DNA of 64,000 nucleotides from Clostridiales bacterium (GCA_017513085.1 JAFWDK010000010.1:192001-256000); one strand, 5' to 3'; counted from the first letter of the stretch, positions 30,623-40,892 are shown. A program made the numbers and translations. The notes: generated by a model not told the origin, from the letters alone.

Positions 30623-31666
30623 ATGGCAAAGCAAGAAAAGAACAATTCATGGAAGAGTTTTGTTTCTATAGTAAATGCGGGGAAAAACGACGATTTCGCG
30701 CGCGTTTATCTGATAACCGGCGATGAGAAGTATCTTATCGATCGGACATTAAAGAGTATGAAGAAACTGATCGTGTCTTCCGGCGCGGAGAGTTTGGATT
30801 ACTATTTAAAAGACCTGGGAAATGCCGATCTTCCACTGGAAGAGTTTCAGAGTCTGGTAGGAACTCCGCCTTTTATCTCCAAGCGTAGAATGACTGTTAT
30901 TCGAAATAGTGGTCTTTTTGGGTCAAAAGCCCCTTCATCGTCCAAGGATCAGGATAAATGGAAGGCGGCAATTGCGGCTATTCCTGAGTTTGCAGCTGTT
31001 TTTTTCATTGAAGAAAAAGTCGATAAGCGCAAGAAACAGCTTATTGATGCGATCGCGCAAAATGGCGTGCTTGTTGAAATCGAAATTCAGTCTGAGGATG
31101 TTCTTAAGACGTGGATCAACCAAAGATGCAAGGAAAGTGGAATCAGTATGCATGCGGATTGTGTTTCCAGTTTGATCAGCCGAGTAAACTCTTCTATGCG
31201 GGCAATTGATAATGAGATGAATAAGATTTCATTATATTGTGAAAATACCGGCACGAAGACAGTGACCATGATGCTTTTGGACAAGCTTTGTGTCCCGGAT
31301 GTTCATGCTTCGGTATTTCAAATGACAGATGCGATCGGACAGAAAAACGTAGGTAAGGCATTGGATATCTTTGCGAGTCTTGTGATCCTCAAAGAGCCGA
31401 TCCCTAAGATACGTCTTATGTTGGCAAGACATATCCGTCACCTGATCTGTGCAAAAGAAATCGGTGATGCGCAAGGTCTTGTTGCCAGGCTGAAAGTTCA
31501 TCCTTTTGTGGCTAAAAACCTGGTCAGTCAGTCGAAAGGATTCACCATGACGCAGTTGGAGAAACTGTATAAGCTATGTTTTCAAACTGATTCATGGGTG
31601 AAAAACGGAAAAATGGAAGATCAGCTTGCGATGGAAGTGCTTTTGACAGCGTCCGGAAAGATATAA
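30623..31666 (+). CDS. holA: DNA polymerase III delta subunit
   Basis: VYLITGDE.YL, PF...RR, VDKRKK, NE..K, VF...DAI. Conserved comEC-holA order. Confidence 0.92.
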   Translation: MAKQEKNNSWKSFVSIVNAGKNDDFARVYLITGDEKYLIDRTLKSMKKLIVSSGAESLDYYLKDLGNADLPLEEFQSLVGTPPFISKRRMTVIRNSGLFGSKAPSSSKDQDKWKAAIAAIPEFAAVFFIEEKVDKRKKQLIDAIAQNGVLVEIEIQSEDVLKTWINQRCKESGISMHADCVSSLISRVNSSMRAIDNEMNKISLYCENTGTKTVTMMLLDKLCVPDVHASVFQMTDAIGQKNVGKALDIFASLVILKEPIPKIRLMLARHIRHLICAKEIGDAQGLVARLKVHPFVAKNLVSQSKGFTMTQLEKLYKLCFQTDSWVKNGKMEDQLAMEVLLTASGKI

Positions 31667-31673
31667 TCCAAGA

Positions 31674-31702
31674 TTGACGTAAATCTTGAATTAAGATAGA
31701 AT
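31674..31702 (+). promoter_or_regulatory. SigA-type promoter of icd
   Basis: TTGACG, 17-bp spacer, TAGAAT. The -35 lies within the palindrome CAAGATT-N6-AATCTTG (31669-31688). Confidence 0.6.
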
Positions 31703-31735
31703 AATGCGGTATTTCTAAGCATATCGGAGGAAAAG

Positions 31736-32935
31736 ATGGCTAAGATTCAGATGAAAACTCCTCTCGTCGAGATGGATGGAGATGAAATGACCCGAATCAT
31801 GTGGAAACAGATCAAGGACATTGTGCTTTTGCCTTTCGTTGATCTGAAGACCGAATACTTTGATCTTGGTCTGCCACACAGAGATGAGACGGATGATCAG
31901 GTTACTATTGATGCGGCGAACCGCGCTGTTGAGCTCGGAGTAGCTGTAAAGTGCGCGACGATTACTCCAAACGCCCAGAGAATGGATGAATATAAACTGA
32001 AGCAGATGTGGAAGAGCCCGAATGGTACGATCCGTGCCATTATGGACGGTACGGTATTCCGTGCACCGATCCTTGTTAAGGGCATCAGTCCGTTCGTATC
32101 CTGCTGGAAGAAGCCGATCACTTTGGCCCGTCATGCATATGGCGATGTTTATCGTGATGTGGAAATGTATGTATCCGGTAAGGCTAAGGCCGAACTGGTT
32201 GTTACCTATGAAGATGGACATCAGGAAGTTAAACTGATCCATGATTTCAAAGCTCCTGGCATTATCGAAGGTATGCACAATCTGGATGAGTCTATTTTCG
32301 CATTTGCTCGTTCCTGCTTTATGTATGCACTGGATATCAAGCAAGATCTTTGGTTTGCTACGAAAGATACGATCTCTAAGGTTTATGATCATAGATTTAA
32401 AGATATTTTCCAGGAAGTCTTTGATAATGAGTTTAAAGAGAAGTTCGAAGCCGCCGGCATCAGTTATTTCTATACTCTTATCGATGATGCGGTTGCCCGT
32501 GTTATGCGTTCTGAAGGCGGAATCCTTTGGGCATGCAAGAATTACGATGGTGACGTTATGTCCGACATGGTCGCTTCTGCATGCGGAAGCCTTGCCATGA
32601 TGACCTCTGTTTTGGTTTCCCCGTCTGGAAAGTATGAATATGAAGCAGCTCACGGAACGGTAACCCGTCACTATTACCGTCATCTTAAAGGTGAGAATAC
32701 GTCTACAAATCCGATGGCAACCTTGTTTGCCTGGTCCGGAGCTCTCCGTAAGAGAGGTCAGCTTGATGAACTGCCTGAGTTGGTCGCATTTGCTGATAAG
32801 CTTGAAAAAGCATCGATCGACACGATTGAAGAAGGTATTATCACAGGTGATTTGAACGCTTTGATGGATCATCCGAATAAGAAGGTTGTGAATACTGAAG
32901 AATTCTTAAAGGCAATTGCTGCCAAATTAGCATGA
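31736..32935 (+). CDS. icd: NADP-dependent isocitrate dehydrogenase (type II)
   Basis: [42 protein letters not shown]. Confidence 0.97.
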   Translation: MAKIQMKTPLVEMDGDEMTRIMWKQIKDIVLLPFVDLKTEYFDLGLPHRDETDDQVTIDAANRAVELGVAVKCATITPNAQRMDEYKLKQMWKSPNGTIRAIMDGTVFRAPILVKGISPFVSCWKKPITLARHAYGDVYRDVEMYVSGKAKAELVVTYEDGHQEVKLIHDFKAPGIIEGMHNLDESIFAFARSCFMYALDIKQDLWFATKDTISKVYDHRFKDIFQEVFDNEFKEKFEAAGISYFYTLIDDAVARVMRSEGGILWACKNYDGDVMSDMVASACGSLAMMTSVLVSPSGKYEYEAAHGTVTRHYYRHLKGENTSTNPMATLFAWSGALRKRGQLDELPELVAFADKLEKASIDTIEEGIITGDLNALMDHPNKKVVNTEEFLKAIAAKLA

Positions 32936-32950
32936 TATGGAGGAATTATT

Positions 32951-33478
32951 ATGAATTATTTTGAGTCTTGGACCAAACATTCTGAAACCGTTGAAAATGA
33001 AGCAGATTATAAGGCTTATATCTCTAAGTACTACGAGTTGGAGAAGAATGCTTATGATGCCATTCTTACAAAGTATCCGGATAACGAGGACCTTCTGAAC
33101 GGTAAAGCAATCGAACTTGCTGAAAAGCTCGGCTTTGCAAAAGATGATATGGAGATCTTTGTTGGTTTCCTTGAGGGAATCGCTTCCAGCTTGACAGAAG
33201 AATATGACTACAAGTCTGTTACGGATGATTCTGAAGTTTCCCTTACAGTTGACTATGAGAAGCTCTACTACAATATGCACGATGCAAAAGCTGAGTGGCT
33301 CTATTCTTTGAAGAGCTGGAAGAATGTTCTTTCTGACGAAAAGATGCTGGAGATCACAAAGCAGTATCGTACAGATAATATCGTTCACGTTGAAAAGATC
33401 GGACGTAACGATCCTTGCCCGTGCGGTTCCGGAAAGAAGTACAAGAAGTGCTGCGGTAAGAAATCCGAGCAGGAGTAA
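32951..33478 (+). CDS. SEC-C motif protein
   Basis: C-terminal [18 protein letters not shown]; GFL.GI..SL and LYYNM..AKA.WLY.L. Confidence 0.9.
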   Translation: MNYFESWTKHSETVENEADYKAYISKYYELEKNAYDAILTKYPDNEDLLNGKAIELAEKLGFAKDDMEIFVGFLEGIASSLTEEYDYKSVTDDSEVSLTVDYEKLYYNMHDAKAEWLYSLKSWKNVLSDEKMLEITKQYRTDNIVHVEKIGRNDPCPCGSGKKYKKCCGKKSEQE

Positions 33479-33546
33479 TCGTTCTTTCTTATAAAACTGA
33501 ATAGTGTTGTGATATTCGGGCTTTTTGCCCATAGATATCGGGAAAT

Positions 33547-33603
33547 AACCCGGTCATGAAATGATATTTCGATTTAAGAAATGCGTTCATGGCCGGTTTT
33601 TTT
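33547..33603 (+). terminator. Terminator-like hairpin between the SEC-C gene and radC
   Basis: CCGGTCATGAA...TTCATGGCCGG followed by a T7 run. Confidence 0.6.
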
Positions 33604-33624
33604 GCGTAAAGGAGGTGAGAAGAA

Positions 33625-34344
33625 GTGAAAATGTGTGAGATGAATCCTTGTATACGTCCTTATGAACGGCTGGAAGAATTTGGTGCGGAATCTTTATCTG
33701 ATGAAGAATTGCTGGCAATTCTCGTCCGTAGTGGAACGAAAGGTAAATCAGCAAAAGATATTGCAACGGAAGTGCTTTCACAAGTGAATCTGCGTGATGG
33801 GTTGAATGGATTGTCCAGTATTACACTTGAGGAATTAAGTGCACTGGAAGGCATCGGGAGAGTCAAAGCCATATTGATCAAAGCATGCGTGGAGATCGGC
33901 AGGAGATGTGCAATGCAAACCAGTCTTATGGATAAAGTACAGTTTGTGTCATCTGATGTGGCAAAGTCGTTTTTTGCAGCCAAGATGACATTCCTGGAAA
34001 GTGAAGAAGTACATGTTGCTCTTTTGGATGCGAAAAAGCACTTGATTGCGCATGACGTGGTATCCAAAGGCGGATTAAGCAGTATTTCTTTTATTTCAAA
34101 AGAATTGTTCAGAATGGCGGTTCGGGTCAATGCAGCAGCGATGATCGTTGCGCATAATCATCCGAGTGGCGATCCGACGCCAAGCGAAGAAGATGTGGAA
34201 ACAACGAGAGATCTTGTACATTGCGGGCTGATGATCGGAATTGAAGTTGTCGACCACATCATAGTGGGCCGTGGCCTTTCTATAAGTCTGCAGGAACTCG
34301 GCTTATTAAGTCCGACGTACAAGAAGGAAAAGGAGGAAAAATGA
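33625..34344 (+). CDS. radC: RadC (JAB domain) protein
   Basis: RPYERL...GAE.LS..ELLAIL.RSG, GIG.VKA, HNHPSGDPTPS.ED, DHII.G. Confidence 0.95.
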   Translation: MKMCEMNPCIRPYERLEEFGAESLSDEELLAILVRSGTKGKSAKDIATEVLSQVNLRDGLNGLSSITLEELSALEGIGRVKAILIKACVEIGRRCAMQTSLMDKVQFVSSDVAKSFFAAKMTFLESEEVHVALLDAKKHLIAHDVVSKGGLSSISFISKELFRMAVRVNAAAMIVAHNHPSGDPTPSEEDVETTRDLVHCGLMIGIEVVDHIIVGRGLSISLQELGLLSPTYKKEKEEK

Positions 34345-35279
34345 AAACAGAAAAAGATACAAAACAAGGAATGATGTCGTTTGATGAGTTTATGGCAGCT
34401 TTTCGATGTAAGGCAGATGAACGGCTTCAAGTATTCGATGATCAGTATGATATTGATGATGAGGTCGTAATGAAGAATTCGACCGAACTGCATGGTCTCA
34501 TAGTGCGCTCTAAGGGCAAAAACATAGCGCCTGTGTTCTATTATGAGGACTTTTACGGTTCTTATCTGAACGGTGAGAGTGTAGACGAGTGTGTGATGAA
34601 AATGGCGGATTATTTGGCCGGACATGATTTGCCGGGGGATGACTTTGCCAGAAAAATAACTTCCTGGGAGGAGGCAAAGGAGTGTCTGACCGTAAAACTT
34701 ATTAATGCTAATAGAAATCGAAAACTTCTGACAAATGTGCCTTGTAAGCTTTTTGGCGATATGGCGGTCATTGTTCAGATCCTGATCAGCAGTCAGGATT
34801 TCGGCTCCGGGACAGTTACTGTTGATGCGGATCTTATAAAAATGTGGAATGTCGAGGAAGAAGAGCTTTTTAATCGTGCATTCGACAATATGCGTGCATA
34901 CGATCTGAATTTTGAAGACTTGTCAAAATATGCTTCTCCCGATAAAAAAATACCGGATGATTGTCCAAGGATCTATGTATTACGCTATCAGGCTGACATT
35001 TTCGGTGCATCGGCAATGCTGTACACAGATAAATTGCAGGAATTTGCTGAAAAGATGAATTCCGACTTTTATATTATGCCGGTTTCTATCCATGAAGCGC
35101 TCATGATCGAGTACAAAGATGATATTCGCAATGAATTCCTTTTTGGCATGTTGAACTCGATCAATCAGGAACATCCTATACAAGATGATATATTGTCTTA
35201 CGAAGTCTTCCGACTGAAACGGGGAGAAGATGACCTGACTTACATCACTGATGGGCGAAAGCTTTGTATTTTCAGTTAA
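34341..35279 (+). CDS. DUF5688-like hypothetical protein
   Basis: V.KN...L.G, IAP.FY.EDFY, KLIN..RN, FGA..MLY, FYI.P.S.HE motifs. Confidence 0.65.
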   Translation: MKTEKDTKQGMMSFDEFMAAFRCKADERLQVFDDQYDIDDEVVMKNSTELHGLIVRSKGKNIAPVFYYEDFYGSYLNGESVDECVMKMADYLAGHDLPGDDFARKITSWEEAKECLTVKLINANRNRKLLTNVPCKLFGDMAVIVQILISSQDFGSGTVTVDADLIKMWNVEEEELFNRAFDNMRAYDLNFEDLSKYASPDKKIPDDCPRIYVLRYQADIFGASAMLYTDKLQEFAEKMNSDFYIMPVSIHEALMIEYKDDIRNEFLFGMLNSINQEHPIQDDILSYEVFRLKRGEDDLTYITDGRKLCIFS

Positions 35280-35362
35280 TTTGAGATATTCATCGCAAAA
35301 CAGGAAGCATCGTTGAAATTGTGGTATACTTTTATGAAAGTCTAAATATGGAGGTTTTTGGA

Positions 35363-36349
35363 TTGCGTAAGCTTTTTTCAAACAAGTTATTCGTAATTGC
35401 GTTGGTTTCGCTGATACTGATTGCTTTTATCGTATTCAGCTCTATTCCGGGAAGCCCTCTGTCCAACATAACCAAACCTTTATCAATTGTGATCGATCCT
35501 ATTCAGTCTGTGTTTAAGAAGGCCGGTTCCAAGATCTCGGACTTCTACGCGGCAATTGCTGAAGGTATGGAGATCCGTAAGGAAAATGAAGAACTGCGTG
35601 AACAGATAGCCGAATTGGAGTATCAGATACAGCAGGGAGAAGAGGCAAAACTTCGTTGGGAAGAGCTCAAGAGTGCTTTTGCAATTCAAGATACTTTTGA
35701 AAACTATCACATCTACGGTGCTTCCGTGTTGACGCGTGAATCGGATGACTGGTTCAGTGTTATACGGATCAATGTAGGTGAAAGAGATGATTTTGATTCA
35801 AGAACCACGTCTTATGCGGTGGTCGATGCGCAGATGAACCTTGTCGGACGAGTCATGGTTACCGATGAAGATTCATCGAAAGTACTGCCTCTGTTACATG
35901 AGGGATTCTCGTTAAGTGCCAAGGTAAATGTAGTTAATGGCGCACTTGTCATGCTGAATGGCGATATTACACTAAAAAAAGACGGTCTCTGTCTAGTAAC
36001 CAGAATTCCAACCAACACGATCCTTCAAGTGGGCGATGAATTGGTTACGAGTGGAGAAGGTGGCCTTTTTCCGGCAGGTATTCCGATAGGTGTTATTGAG
36101 TCTTTTGATGATTCGGATCCGAATCATCTTTCCGCAACATTGCGTCCTTATGCGTCTTTAGCGGATATTAAAGATGTATTCATTCTTGTTCCTAATCCGA
36201 ACGCAGATAAGCAACAAGAGACTGATCCGGATACTTCAGAGAATACTGTTCCTTCGTCTGTACCAGAGACTTCTGATAATTCTGAGACTATGGATACAGC
36301 AGAGACAAATGATACAACAGTGGTAACAGGCGGAGATACAGAAGCATGA
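35363..36349 (+). CDS. mreC: Rod shape-determining protein MreC
   Basis: TM helix, coiled coil, LVGRV, GD.LVTSG.GG.FP.GIPIG. Start placed at TTG 35363 after GGAGG. Confidence 0.92.
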   Translation: MRKLFSNKLFVIALVSLILIAFIVFSSIPGSPLSNITKPLSIVIDPIQSVFKKAGSKISDFYAAIAEGMEIRKENEELREQIAELEYQIQQGEEAKLRWEELKSAFAIQDTFENYHIYGASVLTRESDDWFSVIRINVGERDDFDSRTTSYAVVDAQMNLVGRVMVTDEDSSKVLPLLHEGFSLSAKVNVVNGALVMLNGDITLKKDGLCLVTRIPTNTILQVGDELVTSGEGGLFPAGIPIGVIESFDDSDPNHLSATLRPYASLADIKDVFILVPNPNADKQQETDPDTSENTVPSSVPETSDNSETMDTAETNDTTVVTGGDTEA

Positions 36350-36963
36350 ACAAGCAGAAGAGGGCGCGCCAGATTCTTTTATATGCTCTATATATAACAA
36401 GCGTATGCTGTCTTCAGGTCACTTTCCCTGGCTTTTTCAGGCTTTTTGGTAGAACTGCTGACTTGATGCTTGTATTTACGGTGTTTGCCGGATATCTTTT
36501 CGGCCCTGTTGACGGTATTGTTGTCGGGCTTATTGTCGGGCTGTTCCGTGACTATTTTTCCGGACCTGTAGTTATGGGTCTGAATCAAGAACCGGTTGCA
36601 TTGCTTGGCATCGGGATGCTATCGTTTATGTACATCGGACTTCTTTCTGCACTTTTGTTTAGAAAAAGATTTCGTCGCAAACTCTTTCTTGGCATACTTC
36701 AGGTTGAACTGATGACGCTGATCTACTATGTAAGTGGTCATGTATTATCATATATCTATTTTTCCGTTTCCAGAACTATGACTTCTTACCATTCCTTGCG
36801 GTATGTAGTCGTTTCATGTATTTTGCCTCAGCTGCTGGTAAATGCTATTGCGGCGTTGCCGATCCTTCTGGTTCTTCGCTTTATCGGACCATATTCAAAA
36901 GGCGTTCGTTCGGCACTGGTTGACGGTTACAGTATGGAGGATAAGCAATGGCAAAGCGTTTAG
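36346..36963 (+). CDS. mreD: Rod shape-determining protein MreD
   Basis: Polytopic membrane protein with DL.LV and G...GL..D.F.G, located between mreC and the PBP gene. Confidence 0.8.
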   Translation: MNKQKRARQILLYALYITSVCCLQVTFPGFFRLFGRTADLMLVFTVFAGYLFGPVDGIVVGLIVGLFRDYFSGPVVMGLNQEPVALLGIGMLSFMYIGLLSALLFRKRFRRKLFLGILQVELMTLIYYVSGHVLSYIYFSVSRTMTSYHSLRYVVVSCILPQLLVNAIAALPILLVLRFIGPYSKGVRSALVDGYSMEDKQWQSV

Positions 36964-39323
36964 ATGATGATAATTTATATGTTTTTGATGAAGATCATGT
37001 ATCGGGAAGCCAGAAGATTAGCAATTCCTCGATGTTTGACTCGATCCTGTCTTTTGTTACGAGCAGATATTTCGTTTTGGGTACGATTTTCTGCGTTTTT
37101 GGCGTTCTGATCCTGATTATGACTGCGTCGCTTCAGTTTTCTGACGAAGCAAAAAAGATTTCGGCAAGCACAGTCGGTGTCGCCCGTCAGTATATTGTTC
37201 CAGCGCCAAGAGGCGATATTGTTGATTCAAAAGGAAGAGTTATTGCTACCAATCAGGAGATCAATACGCTCATGCTTTCCAATGCCGGACTGGATGATAC
37301 GGCATTAAACAGCATGTGTCTGGAGCTTTCGTATCTTTTTGACAAATATAATTGTGTGCCGGTTTCCACTTTGGATGATTACTTTTCGATAGATCCATAC
37401 GCTTTTCAGAAATCCGATGAAGATATTGCACTTTGGCAGACAAACAGGAATCTGTTTGACTTGAAAGAGCCAAATCCTAATACGGTCGTAACTTATTCAG
37501 ATGAGTATGTTAAAAGTGATCCGCAGATCTTTTTCTTATATCTTCGAAGGAAATTCCATCTTGATGAGAATTATACCGAGCAGGAAGCTTATCGCATCAT
37601 AAAGATCCGCTATCAGATATATATGGATAACTGGGCTTTTCAGACAGGAACGCCTGTTTTGATTGCGAAGGATGTTCCGGAAGAACTGATCCGCATACTG
37701 ATGGAGCAGAATTACCATTTTATGGGGATTTTGGCTAATAAAGAGTATCGTCGGGTATATACTCCATTAGCGAAGGTTTCTTCTCATGTAGTTGGATATG
37801 TTGGTAAGATTTCGCAGGAAAAACTTTCGGAATTGCAACCGGTCGGTTATATGGCATCTGATCTTGTTGGCCAGTCTGGTGTCGAGGCCCAGATGGAACG
37901 ATATCTTCATGGCCAGTATGGTGAAAAGCCATATAACGTATGGTCTACAGATCAGGAGAACGGCATATTTTATGATTCGAGCCTCGGTGTTGATCCTAGA
38001 TCCGGTGCACAAATTACACTGACGATTGATACTAACCTTCAGCAGGTTGGAATTGATAGTATTAAAGAGTATATTCAAAAGGCGATTCAAAAAGAGGAAT
38101 CTAAGCCGATAGAAGAACAGAAAAAGACCGCTTCAGCCGGCTCTTTGGTTGTAATGAAAGTCAAAACAGGCGAGATACTTGCTATGTGTTCATATCCGGA
38201 TTATGATCCGAATGATTTCGTCCTTTCCATGGAAGGAGATGTGCAGGCTAAAGAGCAAGTCAAGTATTACCTGGGCATCGATGAATATCAAGATATCACA
38301 AAAGAAGACATGCCACTTTGGAATCGTGCAATTTCTTCTATGTACCCGCCAGGATCAACATTCAAGTTGGTTACGGCATTGACAGCACTTGAGTGTAAGG
38401 TGATTTCTCCGGAAAACAGTGAGGTTAGATGCGTCAGTCCTACTGATTTTGGTGGAATGAAATGGACGTGCCTGGAATATCCTGAGACTGGTCATGGTAT
38501 GTTGGATCTGACTTCCGGACTTGCAACTTCGTGCAATATTTACTTTGCCTCGATCGGTGTCGACTCAACTATCAGCAATATTGATAAGACAGCACAACGA
38601 CTTGGACTTGGAGAATTGACAGGAATCGACCTTCCGGGTGAGTATCCCGGCATTCGCGCAAATCAAGCTAACAAGCGTAGACTTAGAAGCAATTGGACAG
38701 ATGAAGATACGGACTGGCATATTGCGGATACAGCCCAAGCCGCCATAGGACAGTTTGACAACTGCTTTACAGTTATCCAATTGGCTCGGTATGTAGCTGC
38801 AATTGCTACCAATACGCTGGTTACGCCTCATGTAATCGACAAAGTTACCGCTGCCGACGGATCTATCCTTTATGAGGGTCCGAAGGAGGCGATTCCGCTC
38901 AAAATCGACGAGGATTATTTGGAAGCGATTCACAGAGGTATGCTCGCTGCGAGTACCGAAGGAACAGGACAAGAATGGCTTAGTAATTTCCCGATTACGG
39001 TTGCATGTAAAACGGGTACTGCTGAAACAGGATTCGAGGATATCAATATGGAGTACTCGAACGGCGTGTTTATATGCTATGCACCGGCTGAAGATCCTGA
39101 GATCTGTATTGCTCTTTGTATTGAAAGAGGTGAGTGGGGTAGCCGTGTAATTGAAATTGCACGAAAACTCTTAATAGCATATTTCAATGAAAAGGATCCA
39201 AATAAATTGGAGCCTGAAAAGACTCTTCCTCCGATTGGTGACGTTATTGAGGATAGCCAGGCAGGACAGAACGGTACAACAAATGATGATCAGAATGGTG
39301 GTTCGGACAACACGGACAATTAA
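36948..39323 (+). CDS. mrdA: Class B penicillin-binding protein (PBP2/MrdA)
   Basis: APRG.I.D, GSTFK (SxxK), SCN (SxN), KTGT, AAIGQ. Confidence 0.92.
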   Translation: MAKRLDDDNLYVFDEDHVSGSQKISNSSMFDSILSFVTSRYFVLGTIFCVFGVLILIMTASLQFSDEAKKISASTVGVARQYIVPAPRGDIVDSKGRVIATNQEINTLMLSNAGLDDTALNSMCLELSYLFDKYNCVPVSTLDDYFSIDPYAFQKSDEDIALWQTNRNLFDLKEPNPNTVVTYSDEYVKSDPQIFFLYLRRKFHLDENYTEQEAYRIIKIRYQIYMDNWAFQTGTPVLIAKDVPEELIRILMEQNYHFMGILANKEYRRVYTPLAKVSSHVVGYVGKISQEKLSELQPVGYMASDLVGQSGVEAQMERYLHGQYGEKPYNVWSTDQENGIFYDSSLGVDPRSGAQITLTIDTNLQQVGIDSIKEYIQKAIQKEESKPIEEQKKTASAGSLVVMKVKTGEILAMCSYPDYDPNDFVLSMEGDVQAKEQVKYYLGIDEYQDITKEDMPLWNRAISSMYPPGSTFKLVTALTALECKVISPENSEVRCVSPTDFGGMKWTCLEYPETGHGMLDLTSGLATSCNIYFASIGVDSTISNIDKTAQRLGLGELTGIDLPGEYPGIRANQANKRRLRSNWTDEDTDWHIADTAQAAIGQFDNCFTVIQLARYVAAIATNTLVTPHVIDKVTAADGSILYEGPKEAIPLKIDEDYLEAIHRGMLAASTEGTGQEWLSNFPITVACKTGTAETGFEDINMEYSNGVFICYAPAEDPEICIALCIERGEWGSRVIEIARKLLIAYFNEKDPNKLEPEKTLPPIGDVIEDSQAGQNGTTNDDQNGGSDNTDN

Positions 39324-39422
39324 AGTTCTGTTTTGAATTGTTTCGTGCAAAATGATAAATTTTTGTTGCAGATTCTACCTTGAATTAGTAGAATATATAT
39401 ATAAATCGTTGGAGGCAGCTAG

Positions 39423-39825
39423 AATGAAGATAGTTATAATGGCTGATAATCGGAAGAATGAGCTTCTTGTAAATTTTTGTATTGCTTATCGTCAGCTTTT
39501 GTCAAAGCATACCCTGATATCTCTTCACAATACAGCTACTCTTCTTGAATCTGCTGCGGATCTTAGTGTTGTCGGTCTATCGACCGATTATTCCGGCGGT
39601 TTTGATCAGTTGGCATCAAGGGCCGAGTATAACGAGATCGATTCAGTGATCTATCTGCGTGATACGCAGTTGGCAAACTATAATGAGATCAATCCGCTTT
39701 TAAAAGCTTGTGATTACAACAGTATTCCTTATGCTACCAACCTTGCATCGGCTGAAATATTAGTTCTTGCTATCGATCGTGGTGATTTGGATTGGCGTGA
39801 ACTGGTTCGTGATCAGAATTTCTGA
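39423..39825 (+). CDS. mgsA: Methylglyoxal synthase-like protein (degenerate active site)
   Basis: FCIAY..LLSKH, YNEID.VI..RD, CD...IP.ATN.A.AE, RGDLDWR. Confidence 0.75.
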
Positions 39826-39837
39826 TATTGGTGACAG

Positions 39838-40470
39838 ATGAAAGTATTCTCTTTCCCGTATGGTTTAGTACAAGCTAATATGTATGTGCTTGTTTTCGAT
39901 AAAGAGGCTATCGTGATCGATCCGTGTGTTTCTTGGAAAGACACTGATCTTTCGGATTTGTCTATTCGGGCAGTTTTATGTACACACGGTCATTTTGATC
40001 ATATTTCAGCATTAGATGAATATGGAGGAGATCTGACGCTGCCTGTCTTTATTGATAAAAATGATAAAAACATGCTGTCGGATCCAGAATTGAATCACTC
40101 TTCTGATTTTGGCATGAATATACATTATGACGGTGCTGTTGAGGTCTTTTCACAGAGTGAATATTCTAATGAAGATTTTAATATTTCTGAGACATTTTCT
40201 TTGAAAATTGTTTCTACACCTGGTCATACTCCTGGCTCTGTTTGTTTCTTGTTTATAGATCAGGATAAAAAAATGCGTATGTTCACAGGTGATATGCTTT
40301 TTGCAGGAAGCGTTGGCAGAACGGATCTTGGTGGCTCCTTTCAGGATATGAAACGATCGATCAGTAAACTAAAAGAAATGGCGGATGATATAGAATGTTA
40401 TCCTGGGCATGGTGATGTGACCGATCTTGGCCGTGAAAAGCGATATAATCCATATTTCCATGAGTTTTAA
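39838..40470 (+). CDS. MBL-fold metallo-hydrolase (glyoxalase II-like)
   Basis: THGHFDH, TPGHTPGS, FTGD.LF.GS.GRTD, PGHG. Confidence 0.92.
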   Translation: MKVFSFPYGLVQANMYVLVFDKEAIVIDPCVSWKDTDLSDLSIRAVLCTHGHFDHISALDEYGGDLTLPVFIDKNDKNMLSDPELNHSSDFGMNIHYDGAVEVFSQSEYSNEDFNISETFSLKIVSTPGHTPGSVCFLFIDQDKKMRMFTGDMLFAGSVGRTDLGGSFQDMKRSISKLKEMADDIECYPGHGDVTDLGREKRYNPYFHEF

Positions 40471-40476
40471 AAATTG

Positions 40477-40500
40477 CCGGAATTGTTCCGGCTTTTTTTG
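40477..40500 (+). terminator. Intrinsic terminator after the MBL hydrolase
   Basis: GCCGGAA-TTG-TTCCGGC followed by a T-run. Confidence 0.8.
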
Positions 40501-40609
40501 TCATTTGTGGCTCCTATTGACGAAGTTCCATGCTTTTGTCGTTATTTGTCGTTTGTACAATAAGTATGTCATCAGACTGCCTGTTATATTGAAGCAGGAG
40601 GTGATTTCT

Positions 40610-40882
40610 ATGAATACTGTTCAGACGGCAATTGTTTTTGTGGTTGTGTTTCTTGTTCTTTGTATGTTCATCGTAATGAGTCCGCTCATGTATAAAAGAA
40701 CTTTCTATCTGGCGGAGATCTCAGTATCTTCTCAAGATAAGAATAACGAGAAAAAGCGGATATTCGAAGTGGTTCCCAAAACAAACAAAGATAATTACTG
40801 GAATATCGAAAACAGTTGCCCGGAAAAGGCATACAGATTTGCTAAAGGGCTACATGATTCAGTAAACATCATAATTGGATAA
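40610..40882 (+). CDS. Small protein with an N-terminal TM helix, possible pilin-like subunit
   Basis: AGGAGGTG RBS and ATG at 40610; hydrophobic N-terminal helix (TVQTAIVFVVV); first gene of the pilin-like cluster. Confidence 0.6.
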   Translation: MNTVQTAIVFVVVFLVLCMFIVMSPLMYKRTFYLAEISVSSQDKNNEKKRIFEVVPKTNKDNYWNIENSCPEKAYRFAKGLHDSVNIIIG

Positions 40883-40892
40883 AGGAGAAAGT

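Noticed and set aside
31715-32872. 385-aa minus-strand ORF (and the similar 365-aa ORF at 44331-45428)
   Set aside because: Antisense shadows of icd and secA.
33400-33460. Near-identical sequence to the end of secA (about 46735-46790)
   Set aside because: Both encode the conserved SEC-C zinc motif; not a mobile repeat.
33625-34344. radC as a marker of a mobile or anti-restriction element
   Set aside because: Full-length chromosomal type at its usual position before the mre genes, with no mobility genes nearby.
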